This document shows, in pieces, positions 43,524-54,863 of a stretch of DNA of 64,000 nt. The stretch comes from Candidatus Bathyarchaeota archaeon. GTDB lineage: Archaea > Thermoproteota > Bathyarchaeia > Bathyarchaeales > Bathycorpusculaceae. Numbering within the stretch: the stretch's first letter is position 1; each line of letters begins with the position of its first letter. Below the pieces are notes generated by a model that saw nothing but the letters and a program-made list of their open reading frames with translations, searched no databases and was not told the DNA's origin. Made by a program: the position numbers and the translations under genes. The stretch is taken from assembly GCA_963770935.1 (NCBI GenBank), contig CAVYRJ010000001.1, forward strand, positions 32,001 through 96,000. The letters are read 5' to 3'.

Positions 43524-46043
43524 TTATGGTCGTTTTCTAAGCAGTAGCAAACCAACAATAGCTATAGCTATAATGATCGCTACTGTTGAACCAACAAAGT
43601 ACATCTCTGTAGGTGGTAAAGCTACGACTGGGACAGCTGTAGGTGTGGGTGCTGCTTCGTCGACGAAGAATGCGGTTTCAGCATATGAAGGCCAATAGGA
43701 TTCAGAGCCAGCGAAAGTGGCGACAACGGTGTATTCGCCTGTTATATCTGGTACCCATTTGAAGCTGAACATACCGCTTGCGTCACTGGTTGCTGAGCCG
43801 ATGGGTCGTTGATTGCCATTTGCGTCGATTACTTCAAGTGTTACTGGAACTCCAGTTGTGGTTTGTGGTTTTGGTTGCTGCATATACACGTACTTCATAA
43901 ATGCTGTCATGCTTTCATCAGAAACAGCTGGCAGGCCGTTGGGGAAACGTGGAGCTATATTAGAACTCTTTGCACCGGCTGATATGTCCATTACATTGCC
44001 CTTTATCATTACGCTGTCGCCATATGTTGCTATGTCGTTCTGGATTGAGACTGTTGTTTGGCTTGGTCCCTTGCCGAAGACGTACACATTCATATCGAAC
44101 ATGTTAGCGGTTGCCCAATATCCGTCAGCGAAAGCACCAATTTTCCAGAATCCCGTCATATCATAGATGCGTTCTCCTGTTGCAGCGTCATAGCAGTATA
44201 AGCTCCATCCTTTGTAGTAGGGTTGTGTAAGGGAGTGTTCAGCAGTTATTACAAACACTTTTCCATCAACAGGATAGATGCCGCCGATTGGATATCTGTC
44301 ATAAGGACCGTCAAGGTTGCATAGGTCGGTAGTAGTGTTCCATAGAAGTTTCCCTGTTTTAAGTTCATATGCATATAGTATTCCACCGTATCCACCTGAA
44401 TATAGTACGTCTTCACTGATAGCGCAGGTTCTGCTGTACATCATCCATTCGTTTTGTGGTTCAGTTGCCCAGAGTTGTGCTCCGGTGTTTATGTCAAAGC
44501 CCATCCACTGCCTTGTCTCTTTTGCCCTTACAACGAATACGCCAGCATCGAGAGAGAATTTATTTACCATAGTGCCTTCGAATTGATAAGTTACGTTGGC
44601 TGCTGGTGGTTTTAGGTTTATGTTGAACAACAATTGTCCCTTTGAAGCACCATCTGTTTTCACTGCCCAAATTGTGAATTGCTCGTCATATTGACTGTTG
44701 CCGTTAGCTACGAAACCTGAACCGCCAATTACTCGGTCTGGAAGAGTGAAGATGACGTTTCCTTTTAAGTTTAGCGGTAACGTTATGTTCCATGAATAGC
44801 CAAGTGATCCGTTGTGTTGCCTTGGTAGTATGTCGTTTTGAATCCCTGCTGGTCTCCATTGCCAGTAACTAGTTCCAGTTGTGCCCATTAGCATTGACGG
44901 TATTGCTGAGAAGTTCCATAGAGCTAACGATGTTCTGCCATTAGTTGGTCCTCCAATCACGTATCGCATATACTCACCGTTTGGTCCAACAGAGTTTACA
45001 CCTGAAGGAACGTTATAAATGGTAAAGAGTAACGCTCCCGTGAATGGATCATATGCCGTCATATTAGTGCCAAAAGTATTCCACAAGTATCCTTGTGCTC
45101 CGTGCTGATTAGGTGACCAGTATTCATATAGCGTAGCACTCTGTGCGCCGACTTTATCGTCCCGCCATAGCTCTTCTCCAGTGCGTAAATCTACTGCAAT
45201 ATATTCCTGTCCCGACATTAGGGTATAGTCTCTACTATGGAAGTCCCTGTGATTCAATGGCTGACTGTAATAAAGTATGCCATTTATGATGATTGGCTGC
45301 GTGAATCTTTGCTCATATGAGGTTCCTTCGTAATATGCCAGATTGTCCGTTACGGTTGGTTCGCCAACGAGGCCGCCAGCCTGAAGTGGCTTGGTCCACA
45401 TAATGTGAGCACTACCTGGCGCTTTGGTATAGGGATTATCTCGTCCGTCATTGAGCCAGTTACCTAAAATCGAGCTCCATTCTCTGTTGTATGCGTTTAC
45501 ATTACGTGTCCAGTATTCAGTTGGAAGTGGAACACCCGGCAGCAGTTCTAGTGGTGCCTCCTGTACGACAAAATTCGCTACGTTGCTGTCAGCGGCTGCA
45601 TATAATCGTTTAGACGTAGTTGTGTTTTTCCATGTTTCTGGGAAGTGAGTTTGAATAGAATATGTACCGACTGCATTTGGTGTATACAGATGGTATGTGG
45701 TTCCTACTGGATCAGTATATGGAAGATTTATGGTTTCTTTAGTGTTGTCAGGCTTGGTAATCGTCAGCGTTATGTCATACCATCCAGCTCTTGTGCTGGG
45801 TGATATAACAGTGCCTGCCGTCTCACCAATGTCTGGCGGCATTTCCGCAGTCCAAGTAATAAGGGTTACTTGTTGACCGACACCTACAGGGTTAGGAGCA
45901 GAAGATGCATAAATGAACGTGGGATACTTCTGTACAGTCTGAGCATTTGCTAAAGGCAAAACAGCAAAGATTGAAGAAGCAATCATTGTTATAGTTAGAA
46001 ACATCGCAATCAAAGTTGACATATTTTTATTTGATTTATTCAT
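43524..46043 (-). CDS. Surface-anchored PQQ-like beta-propeller protein, paralogue 2 (839 aa)
   Basis: Same architecture; signal peptide ANA/Q; ends LLLRKRP. Confidence 0.85.
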   Translation of the reverse strand: MNKSNKNMSTLIAMFLTITMIASSIFAVLPLANAQTVQKYPTFIYASSAPNPVGVGQQVTLITWTAEMPPDIGETAGTVISPSTRAGWYDITLTITKPDNTKETINLPYTDPVGTTYHLYTPNAVGTYSIQTHFPETWKNTTTSKRLYAAADSNVANFVVQEAPLELLPGVPLPTEYWTRNVNAYNREWSSILGNWLNDGRDNPYTKAPGSAHIMWTKPLQAGGLVGEPTVTDNLAYYEGTSYEQRFTQPIIINGILYYSQPLNHRDFHSRDYTLMSGQEYIAVDLRTGEELWRDDKVGAQSATLYEYWSPNQHGAQGYLWNTFGTNMTAYDPFTGALLFTIYNVPSGVNSVGPNGEYMRYVIGGPTNGRTSLALWNFSAIPSMLMGTTGTSYWQWRPAGIQNDILPRQHNGSLGYSWNITLPLNLKGNVIFTLPDRVIGGSGFVANGNSQYDEQFTIWAVKTDGASKGQLLFNINLKPPAANVTYQFEGTMVNKFSLDAGVFVVRAKETRQWMGFDINTGAQLWATEPQNEWMMYSRTCAISEDVLYSGGYGGILYAYELKTGKLLWNTTTDLCNLDGPYDRYPIGGIYPVDGKVFVITAEHSLTQPYYKGWSLYCYDAATGERIYDMTGFWKIGAFADGYWATANMFDMNVYVFGKGPSQTTVSIQNDIATYGDSVMIKGNVMDISAGAKSSNIAPRFPNGLPAVSDESMTAFMKYVYMQQPKPQTTTGVPVTLEVIDANGNQRPIGSATSDASGMFSFKWVPDITGEYTVVATFAGSESYWPSYAETAFFVDEAAPTPTAVPVVALPPTEMYFVGSTVAIIIAIAIVGLLLLRKRP

Positions 46044-46126
46044 GTTTTTTTCTTTCCTTAAATTTTATTTTTTGGAAGGCAATAGCCTTCCCACATATTT
46101 TTATCGGTAACACGTATATAAAATTA
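46044..46126 (-). promoter_or_regulatory. Promoter (TTTTATATAC) + 5'-leader hairpin + purine-rich leader of paralogue 2
   Basis: TATA at 46114-46123; perfect stem GGAAGGC-tatt-GCCTTCC at 46074-46091; AAGGAAAGAAAAAA before the ATG. Confidence 0.6.
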
Positions 46127-46243
46127 GCTTGTTTTGAGGGTTTTTTTCAAAATTTTTTTGATATTGTTTTGCAATAGGCACGAGTAATTTATGTTAATTA
46201 GATTATGTTGACAAGGCAGTTGCTAAGACTAATTTTCGAGTGG

Positions 46244-46263
46244 AAAACAAAAAAAGGGAAAAA
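46244..46263 (-). terminator. U-tract terminator after propeller gene 3
   Basis: Minus strand TTTTTCCCTTTTTTTGTTTT. Confidence 0.6.
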
Positions 46264-46286
46264 GATTTTGAGTTTGATTAATCTCT

Positions 46287-49046
46287 TTATGGTCGTTTTT
46301 TAAGCAATAGTAACGCGAGTAGGATGCCGACTAATGCGATTGCTACTATTACGCCTGCAATGGCGGGGACAAAGTATTGGTCGGCGACGGATACAGGTTC
46401 TGGCGTTGGTGTAGCAGTAACAGTTGGAGCATCCTCAACAAGTAGATAGGCTGTCGCAGATGATGGACCGTAGGATTTGGAGCCGGCGAAGTTTGCTAAG
46501 ATCTGGTAGTTCCCTTGAACTTCAGGAGTATACGGGAGTGCGTAGTTGCCGTTCATGTCGCTTGTTGTGGTACCGATAGAAATTAGGTTGCCATTTGGAT
46601 CAATAGCGCTTAAGCTGACTTCAACACCTTTAGCGTTCTCTGGCTTAATTTGCTGCATAAACTTGTATTCCATCCATGCGCTCATGTCATCATCGGAGAT
46701 AGCGGGAGTATCTTTAAGTGTAAAGTCGATTTTGTCATTTGTGTTGCGTCTGCCTGTTGGAGTCTGGTCAGTAACTGTACCTTTTAACATCACTTTTGTT
46801 CCCAGGAAGGATACATCGTTTTGTGTTGTGACTGTAGTAGCGCTTGGACCCTTGCCATAACAGTATATCTCATTGTCTAGACTGTTGCTGCCTAGGAGTC
46901 GACCGTCGGCTATAGATAGGCCACCGCCGAAGTCTAAGATGCTAAATATTTCAGTTCCGTCTGTAGCATTGATACAGCGTAAGTTTGGACCCCGGTATTG
47001 CGGAGAAGTATACGAGTGTTCACTTGTATAAGTGTAGATTTTTCCGTCAGCGACTGCACCTATGATCATTGGATAGTTGCCATATGGAGATTCAAAGCCT
47101 ATATTCAAAGCGTTGTATTTCCATACGATGTCCCCTGTTTTAATGTCGTATGCAATCAATTGACCAGAATAGCTGCCGTAGCCTATGAGGAGATGGTTGT
47201 AGACGATTTGACTTATGCCATAGTACGTAAATTGTGGTTCTGGTTCACTTTCCCAGAGCAGTTGTCCAGTGTATAAGTCATAAACCCATCGTTTCAGTTG
47301 CTGTGGATCACTCCAGGTGAGTACACCGTCTTCTGGATATACACCGTTCATTGATAGCCCGCCTGTAAATGCGCCTGGCTGCGAAATGTTCTTACCTATG
47401 TCTGCGAATGGCGGTGTGTAGGTCATTTCCCAAAGTTTTCTGCCTATTTCGTTAGGTTTTAGACTAACACCCATCATCCAGCCTGGTGCTACTCCGTTTG
47501 CATCGTTCCATCCTGCGGTTCCAACGATCATGAATTCATCTTGGCGAATAGCTCTGATTGTGCCTGTTTCATTTTGACGGGAATTCCTTGGACCAAGTAT
47601 GTTGGGAATTGATGAATTCGACGAATAAAATAGTGCTCCGTTATGAACACAGTTGTAAGCGACACCGCCAAGATAAGCGTTAGAGCCTCCAAAAGTACCA
47701 CCTGCAGGTCTCCACTGCCAGTATCCTGTCCCATCTTCACTCGAAACCATTGTTCCTGCGGAAGAATTCCATACTGTCAAGTAATAGTTGGGGCTAGAAG
47801 TACTTCCCTTGTTGACCATGTTATAGTAGAGAATGCTTCCATCTTTGCCGTAGACCTGTGTACCGCTTGTGGATACGTTAGCTATGAAGGCAATAGAGTT
47901 CATATTCCATCCGTCCAGCATCTCCCAAAGAGTCCCAGTGGTTACCTGTGAACTATTGAAAGTCTGAACAGCGGTTTGCCGACGAACCGTTAGATTCTCA
48001 AATTGAACTGCATTAGGTACCTGAACTATCGCGGGCAATTGGACGTTGGACGTTCTCCACAGGTATGCGAATCCTCCGTGCTGGTTAGGTGACTCGTAAA
48101 GATAGATTGAACCCATTGAAGGGATTGTTGTAGTGTAGTTGGTGAATATTGTTTCGCCTGTGTATAGATCAATAGCTTCCCAGCCTTGGTTACCGTGTGT
48201 AGTGAAGCGTGGGCTCCAGTGAATCTTGCCGTCAAGAATTATTGGCGCTGACCAAGAAGTGCCTTGATAGTGGCTGGTATGGAAGTTGTAGGTTTCCAAT
48301 CGTTCATCCATGAGGCCGCCAATTGAATATGGTTTTGTCCATAGTATGTGAGCGCTTTCTGGTGCTTGACCGAAACCGTAGTTGCCGACGTTGCCGCCTG
48401 AACTGCCTAGTGGCCACACGTTTGCTGCGCCACCAAGTTTGTTACCCGCAAGAACGTACCAGGTTCTTGCCGCACCGCTTATTGGGCGAGTCCAGTAATC
48501 TTCTGGAAGAGGGGATTCAGTCCAGGATGGCACTGGTTCTTCTTGTACAGTGAAAGTTTCTATTGGGCTAACAGCTGCGCTATAGAAAGAGCGGGTTGTG
48601 CTAACGGTACTGTTTTTCCAGGTTTCAGGGAAGATAGCTTGGACGTTATATGTGCCAACCATTTCAGGTGTGTATTTAACATAGTTGGCACCGACGGGGT
48701 CGCTATAGGGCATATTTACTATTTCTGTTGTATTGTCAGGTTTTGTAACGCTTATTTGCATACCATACCATCCGGATCTACCTGTAGGACTTGCTACTAT
48801 GTCTGCTGTTTCACCAATATCTGGCGGCATTTCTTTTGTCCAAGCAACAAGCAACATATCTTGACCGACACCAATGGGGCCAACACCGCCGCCTCCAGCG
48901 CTAGTGCCAACATATAGCCAAGTATAATAACGGTTTACAGTTTGGGCATTAACAATTGGAAAAGCCATGACTGCAGAAGCAAAAATTGTGATTGTAAGTA
49001 ACAACGCAATAATGGTTTTCATTTTTTTATTTTTTTCTATTTTCAT
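46287..49046 (-). CDS. Surface-anchored PQQ-like beta-propeller protein, paralogue 3 (919 aa)
   Basis: Same architecture; signal peptide VNA/Q; ends LLLKKRP. Confidence 0.85.
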   Translation of the reverse strand: MKIEKNKKMKTIIALLLTITIFASAVMAFPIVNAQTVNRYYTWLYVGTSAGGGGVGPIGVGQDMLLVAWTKEMPPDIGETADIVASPTGRSGWYGMQISVTKPDNTTEIVNMPYSDPVGANYVKYTPEMVGTYNVQAIFPETWKNSTVSTTRSFYSAAVSPIETFTVQEEPVPSWTESPLPEDYWTRPISGAARTWYVLAGNKLGGAANVWPLGSSGGNVGNYGFGQAPESAHILWTKPYSIGGLMDERLETYNFHTSHYQGTSWSAPIILDGKIHWSPRFTTHGNQGWEAIDLYTGETIFTNYTTTIPSMGSIYLYESPNQHGGFAYLWRTSNVQLPAIVQVPNAVQFENLTVRRQTAVQTFNSSQVTTGTLWEMLDGWNMNSIAFIANVSTSGTQVYGKDGSILYYNMVNKGSTSSPNYYLTVWNSSAGTMVSSEDGTGYWQWRPAGGTFGGSNAYLGGVAYNCVHNGALFYSSNSSIPNILGPRNSRQNETGTIRAIRQDEFMIVGTAGWNDANGVAPGWMMGVSLKPNEIGRKLWEMTYTPPFADIGKNISQPGAFTGGLSMNGVYPEDGVLTWSDPQQLKRWVYDLYTGQLLWESEPEPQFTYYGISQIVYNHLLIGYGSYSGQLIAYDIKTGDIVWKYNALNIGFESPYGNYPMIIGAVADGKIYTYTSEHSYTSPQYRGPNLRCINATDGTEIFSILDFGGGLSIADGRLLGSNSLDNEIYCYGKGPSATTVTTQNDVSFLGTKVMLKGTVTDQTPTGRRNTNDKIDFTLKDTPAISDDDMSAWMEYKFMQQIKPENAKGVEVSLSAIDPNGNLISIGTTTSDMNGNYALPYTPEVQGNYQILANFAGSKSYGPSSATAYLLVEDAPTVTATPTPEPVSVADQYFVPAIAGVIVAIALVGILLALLLLKKRP

Positions 49047-49150
49047 TTTTTTCTTTCCTTTATTTTTTATGTTATTGAAAGCAAACTATAAAGCAATAAC
49101 TTGCCTTCTTTAACAACTAGAGCTATTTGAACTAAAGAAGTATAAATATT
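49047..49150 (-). promoter_or_regulatory. Promoter (TTTATA) + extended 5'-leader hairpin of paralogue 3
   Basis: TATA at 49141-49146; hairpin GTTA..GAAGGCAAG..TTTGCTTTC..TAAC at 49071-49114; AAATAAAGGAAAGAAAAAAATG leader. Confidence 0.5.
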
Positions 49151-49305
49151 TGTTTAATATTCAAGAATTTATGTGAAATCTTGAGTTTCAATATAAGCGT
49201 AGAAATCCGAATTTTCAAATATTTTCGGATTATCTTACATGAACCATAAACTAAAATTTACTATACCAGAGAAGAAAAAGCGACAATAAATAAAAGGGTA
49301 AAGAA

Positions 49306-50115
49306 TTAAATTTGTCGTCTCCTTCGCATAAAAAATAGGTATCCTAGGGTTAATGCAGCTACAATTATCAGTCCAGATAGAATTGGATAGCCATATTCAA
49401 ATTGCAGAGCAGAATCTGGAGAGTTTTGTTGCTGAACCGGTTGACTAGTTAGTGATGAAACTGTTGGTTGAGTGGTCGGCTGACTTTTTGGTTCGGGAGT
49501 AGCAGATGGTTTAGGTGGTTGTGATAGGGGCGGTTTCTGGATGTTTTGAAGAGGGTCTAGTGCGACATAAGCTGCTTGCGGGTTAGGTTGACTCACATAA
49601 GTTGTGGTATCAACCGATATCACAGTAATCATGCTTATCCAAGACTCGCCATTGACTCCAGGAATTACCAAGCGAAGAGTCTCGTACAAGTCTGCTCCGT
49701 CTAACTCGTAAGCTATTATCACATCTTCCTGCGCAATGAAGTAGTTTGAGATGTATATGGAATAACCGTCTGAAGCATAAAACCTCAATGAAGCTGGGTT
49801 CTCAACTAACCCAGCCGCCTCAAGCAAAAGTCCAAGTTGTACACCACCCCAAAAGCCACCTTTAATAGATCGACCAAAACACAATAACTCAGCATCGACA
49901 ATTGTTTTTGGCATAGCCATAAGATCAGATAAAGATAGAGTAACACTATTGTTGGATGAAATCACTATTGTCAATGTTCCCGGTGAATTTGTACTTTTAA
50001 CGATATCAGCTTCGGAAATTTGAGCGGAACCGTAATTTATAGAACCTGAAAGAAGTAACTCCACAACTATTAGCAAGAAAACTAAATTTCTATTTTTCAA
50101 GGTAGCATCATCCAT
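49306..50115 (-). CDS. Membrane-anchored molybdopterin-binding (sulfite oxidase/MsrP-like) domain protein
   Basis: LSLSDLMAMP, AELLC, WGGVQL..LL..AG, ASDGYS, IIAYELDG, LRLVIPG..G..W. N-terminal signal, P/Q/S/T linker, C-terminal TM + RRRR. Confidence 0.75.
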   Translation of the reverse strand: MDDATLKNRNLVFLLIVVELLLSGSINYGSAQISEADIVKSTNSPGTLTIVISSNNSVTLSLSDLMAMPKTIVDAELLCFGRSIKGGFWGGVQLGLLLEAAGLVENPASLRFYASDGYSIYISNYFIAQEDVIIAYELDGADLYETLRLVIPGVNGESWISMITVISVDTTTYVSQPNPQAAYVALDPLQNIQKPPLSQPPKPSATPEPKSQPTTQPTVSSLTSQPVQQQNSPDSALQFEYGYPILSGLIIVAALTLGYLFFMRRRRQI

Positions 50116-50261
50116 ACATCAAAGTGTGACACGTGTCATATTTTTAAACATTACTAAACCGATCATTATTTCTCAGCAGATAAGTAATTGACCAGATAAA
50201 TTGCTTAATGTTATTCATCAAAGTTATTTTAGCAGTTTAGGTTCTAGTTTGTCAAAATAAT

Positions 50262-50276
50262 AACAAAAAAAGGAAG
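50262..50276 (-). terminator. U-tract terminator after propeller gene 4
   Basis: Minus strand CTTCCTTTTTTTGTT. Confidence 0.55.
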
Positions 50277-50301
50277 ATGGTTTTTTTTGTGGTATGTTTA
50301 T

Positions 50302-53029
50302 TTATGGTCGTTTTCGGAGCACCAGGATAATTACTAACCCGATGACCACGATTGCTATTATGATGCCAATGGTTGCTGGGATGAAGTATTGGTCAGCGAT
50401 GGATGCAGGTTCTTGCGTTGGTGCAGGAGTGGCTGCTGGCGCGTCTTCAACAGTTATGAATGTCGTTGCAGATGATGGACCGTAAGCTTTGGAGCCTGCA
50501 AAGGTAGCGAGTATTTGGTAGTCACCTGAAACCTCTGGATTGAAGGAGATGGCATATTCACCGTTCATGTCACTAGTGGTTGTGCCGATAGAAACTACGT
50601 TGTGGTTTGGATCTACTGCTTCTAAGGTTACTTCGACACCTTTTGCGTTTGTGGGCTTTGCTTGTTGCATGAATTTGTATTCCATCCATGCTTGCATGTC
50701 GTTGTCAGATATTGCTGGGCTGTCTTTTAGTGAGAATTGTAGGACATCGTTAATGTTGCGTCTGCCGTATGGAGTTTGGTCAGTAACTGTGCCTTTTACC
50801 ACGACTTTGTTTCCATGCACTGATACGTCGTTTTGTGCTGTAACTGTCGTAGCGCTTGGACCTTTGCCGAAAGCGTACAGTTGATTGTCATAGTAGTTGA
50901 GTCCTACGAGAATGCCGTCAGCCATGATTATGTTTGGTGTCGTGGGTGACATTCCGCCGAAGAATCCTAGTATCTTCCAGATTTCAGTTCCTGTTGCTGC
51001 ATCTATGCATCGTAAGTTAGGACCTCGATACAACGGTTGAGTTGGTGAGTGTTCGCCTGTAACTGTGTAGAGTTTTCCGTCAGTGATGACTGCAACACCG
51101 AGTGGGTAGTTGCCGCCGTATGCTGATTCAGTTCCGATGCTTGTAGGCTCATATACCCATAGAATAGCGCCTGTCTTTACGTCATATGCTGTCATGATTC
51201 CGCCGTAGCCATAGCTGAGTAATGTACCATTGTAGTAGTTTTGACTTCTGCCATAGTAGTGGAATTGTGTTTCAGGCTCGCTTTGCCAAACCAACTGTCC
51301 AGTTTCCATGCTGTAGCCAAATCTGTCAAGTGTCTTCTGTTTATGGAAAAGAATCATACCTTCTTCTGGATAGACTCCAGTGAGACTGACCGTTTCAGCG
51401 TCTGCAGATGATGGAGGTGTGAATTCTTGCCTTGAAATGAGAGTGCCTTCTTGACCAGGTACGAGACTAAGCTTTGTTACAAATCCTGGAACTGTATGAG
51501 TGCCGTTGTTAAATCCTGCCGCAACAACTACAATGTATTCGTCTTGTTTAACGACATTAATACTGCCGGTTTGGTTAGTTATTGCATTCCGTGGGCCTAG
51601 TACAAGGTTTATTGGTATTGATACGTTTAAAGAATAGAATAGTCGTCCGTCATGCACATTGTTATACTGAGGACTAGAAGATGTGAAATACGGATTTGCA
51701 GCGCCGAAGTGTCCAGCTGCGGGTCTCCATTGCCAGTATCCTGTTCCAAGTTGACTTGAAGGCATGGTTCCGTCAGAAGAATTCCATACAGATAAAGCGG
51801 CTTGGTTTGTTGTTGTGCTTACCGCAAGATTATATCGTAGTAAACTTCCATCTATGCCGTATACTTGAGTACCGCTGGTGCTTACGTTAGCTAGATAGCA
51901 TATTGTTTGTCCTGTGAATCCATCAAGCATTTCATAGAGAGTTCCTGTGGATAATGTGGAGGAGTTTACTAATTGTGATGCCGCCAACCGAATTACCGAC
52001 ATGTTCGGATATATTTGTGCATTTGCGATGTTGACGGTGGGGGGCAGTACGACACCAGATGTTCTCCATAAGTAGGGGAAGCCTCCATGCTGGTTAGGTG
52101 ATTCATAGTTGTAGATTTGACCCATTGATGGTCTCGTTGCATTGTAGTCCAGGGATAGTTGTTCGCCCGTGTATAAGTCAACTTGTATCCAGCCTTGATT
52201 GCCGTGGGCAGTTATGCGTGGGGTGTAGTGAAGTTTACCGTTAAGAATAAGGCCGTTCCAGTTGATTCCACCATAGCCAGTAGTTTGGTAGCCTATTTGA
52301 CCGTATGCTTCGTCCATGAGACCGCCAGTGTAGTATTGTTTTGTCCACAATATGTGAGATGATTCAGGTCCAATTCCGCTAACATAGTTAGAAGTTAGAC
52401 CTGCGGTACCCTGTGGATAGTTTTGAGCGGCGCCGGCAAGCCAGTTTCCAGCAAGCGTGTACCAGTCATGATTTGCGCTGTTTAGTGGGCGATTCCAGTA
52501 ATCGGTTGGTAATGGAGTTTCTGCCCATTGGGATGTTGGTTCTTGCTGAACTGTTAGATTTGTGGTGGCGGTATAGTCTGGTGTATAGTAAGTTCTGTGA
52601 TGTCGTTGTATTCTTCCATTCGCCTGAGAAGTACCCTTGCAAAACATATGTGCCAACAGTTTCTGGTACATATTCGATCCATGTTGCACCTACCGGATCA
52701 GTGCGCGGCATTGTTAATGTGTCATTAGTTCCATCAGGTTTTATAATTGAGACTGTATTTAGACTATTCCATCCGGCTCTACCAGTGGGTGAAGTAACAG
52801 TACCTGCGGTTTCACCAACATCTGGAGGCATATCAGCGGTCCAAGTGACCACTATAACGGACTGACCGACACCTACAGTGGACGGTGAAACACCAACATA
52901 ATAGAACGAACGGATGGTGCTCACAGTTTGAGCATTGACTGGGAAGAGAGCGACAGATGAAGCGACAATAGTTAACATTAGAAACAAAGCAATCATTGAT
53001 AGTTTAGATTTATTTTTTATGGTTTTCAT
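50302..53029 (-). CDS. Surface-anchored PQQ-like beta-propeller protein, paralogue 4 (~908 aa; frameshift ~52590)
   Basis: N-terminal ORF 52466-53029 (signal VNA/Q, DPVG) joins ORF 50302-52689; ends VLRKRP. Confidence 0.85.
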
Positions 53030-53114
53030 TTTTTTTTCTTTCCTTTATTTTCTTTATAGGAAGGAATTGCCCTCCTAGGGAGCAGAGTATCGGTGTACGG
53101 TGTATATAAAATTA
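53030..53114 (-). promoter_or_regulatory. Promoter (TTTTATATAC) + 5'-leader hairpin of paralogue 4
   Basis: TAATTTTATATAC identical to paralogue 2; shared ACCGATA; stem TAGGAGGG..CCTTCCTA at 53057-53077; AAATAAAGGAAAGAAAAAAAAATG. Confidence 0.6.
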
Positions 53115-53251
53115 ACCTAATTCAACAAACAACTAGCAATTCTTTTAAAGAAATATTTCCGAAATTATATTCTATTCTGAAATAATTGAAACTTTAGAAA
53201 TGTTACGGGAGCTAAGACAAAATATCAAATGGAGAAAACGCAAGGATAATA

Positions 53252-54824
53252 TCAGATTTTGTAAAAGACTACTCTGCCCCCAACAATAGTCATTTCGACT
53301 TCAATCGTGGCTATTTCGTTATGCTTAGATGTGAGCAAATCTTGGGAGAGAACAATGAGGTCAGCATTTTTACCCCTCTCAATGGATCCCTTGATATTTT
53401 CCTCTGAAAAAGCGTACGCCGCATCAAGCGTATAAAAGCGCAAGGCATCCTCAACAGCAACCCCCTCGTTGGGAATAAACTCCCGTTTCACGGTTGCTTG
53501 GATTCCTAACAGAGGACTTAATGGTTCCATGGGGCAATCGGAGCCGCCGATAACCTTTATGCCTGAGCTGACTAATGTTTTTAGCGGATAAAGCCACCTC
53601 GCTCTTTCGGACCCCAAACGCTCAAACGCTGACCATACTCTAAACTCAGAATCCATAACGCAAGGTTGAACCGACACAATCACACTGGCGTTTTTCATGC
53701 GTTTAATCAGCCCTTGATTAAGAACTGCCGCCTGTTCAATCCGACTGCGTAGCGCTCTTCCTTCCGTTTCTTTAGAAATATTTTCAATTGCTGTTAAAGC
53801 CAGGTCAATCGCTTTGTCTCCAGCAGCATGTATGTTTAATTGTAGCTTGGCTTTGAGGATTTTAATGGCTAAAATGTTCATTTCTTCTTGTGTGTAGGAT
53901 AAGGTTCCGTTTGAAATGGGACAATCACTATAAGGTTCAAACATCGCGGCTGTTTTTGATGATAAATAGCCATCTGCAAAAATTACTGCACCGCTAACCT
54001 TAATTGTGCTGTTTGGGAATCTTTTGATAAATCAGAGATTGATTCGCTATCTATGAGTTCAACTGGAGCAATCACATAAACGCTTATTGGCAGCCTATTT
54101 TGTTCATTAAGCTGTTTGATTATCGACAACTCATCTGAAGAAAAAACTATCCAGCAAACACTAGTTATTCCAGCTCTCACAATTTTCTCGAACGCTGAAA
54201 AGATGGCTTCCATGAGTTCTTCCTTGGTTATAGTGGGAATGAACTTCCAAACTGAGTTTGTAGCATCGCCCCGTAAAATACCCGTCAGCTGACCTATTTC
54301 CTGTTTTTTATCAATAGTTTCACCGGATGCGACGGTTTGCTTTGTTAAGCCAGCTATTTCCAAAGCATAACTGTTAGCGATGGCAGTTGGGCGTATCTTT
54401 GATAAAAAATCACAGGGTTATCTGGAGAGACAACGTCTAAATCGTGACAGGTTGGAAGACGATTTTCAGCAAAACTATTTTGTTCCCACCCGTGTCCAAT
54501 AATCCAGTTTCCTTTCGGTGTTTTTTGCACATGCTTATTGAGACGAGCCTGTAGTTCCTTGATTGACCTCACGTCCCATAGATCAACCCATGTTAAGACT
54601 CTGCCAAAATCCGCAACATGTATGTGTGAATCGATAAAGCCTGGAACTACGGTTTTGCCTTTTAAGTCGATAACTTTTGTTTCTTTACCCATCCAGTTTG
54701 TAATGGCGCTGCTAATTCCGACTTGAATTATTTTGGCGGCTTCAATGGCAACTGCTTCAGCACGTGGTTGAGCAGGGTTCATAGTGATGATTTTTCCGTT
54801 GATTAAGACCAAGTCTGCTGGCAT
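53252..54824 (-). CDS. YtcJ-like amidohydrolase (Amidohydro_3), frameshifted
   Basis: NGKIITM, DLKGKTVVPGFIDSHIH, GITS, FADG, IHAAGD, RIEQA, GGSDCP, GSIERGKNADL. Confidence 0.85.
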
Positions 54825-54863
54825 ACAGTCACATTAAATTGCCTTTTAATTAACTTTAATGCT

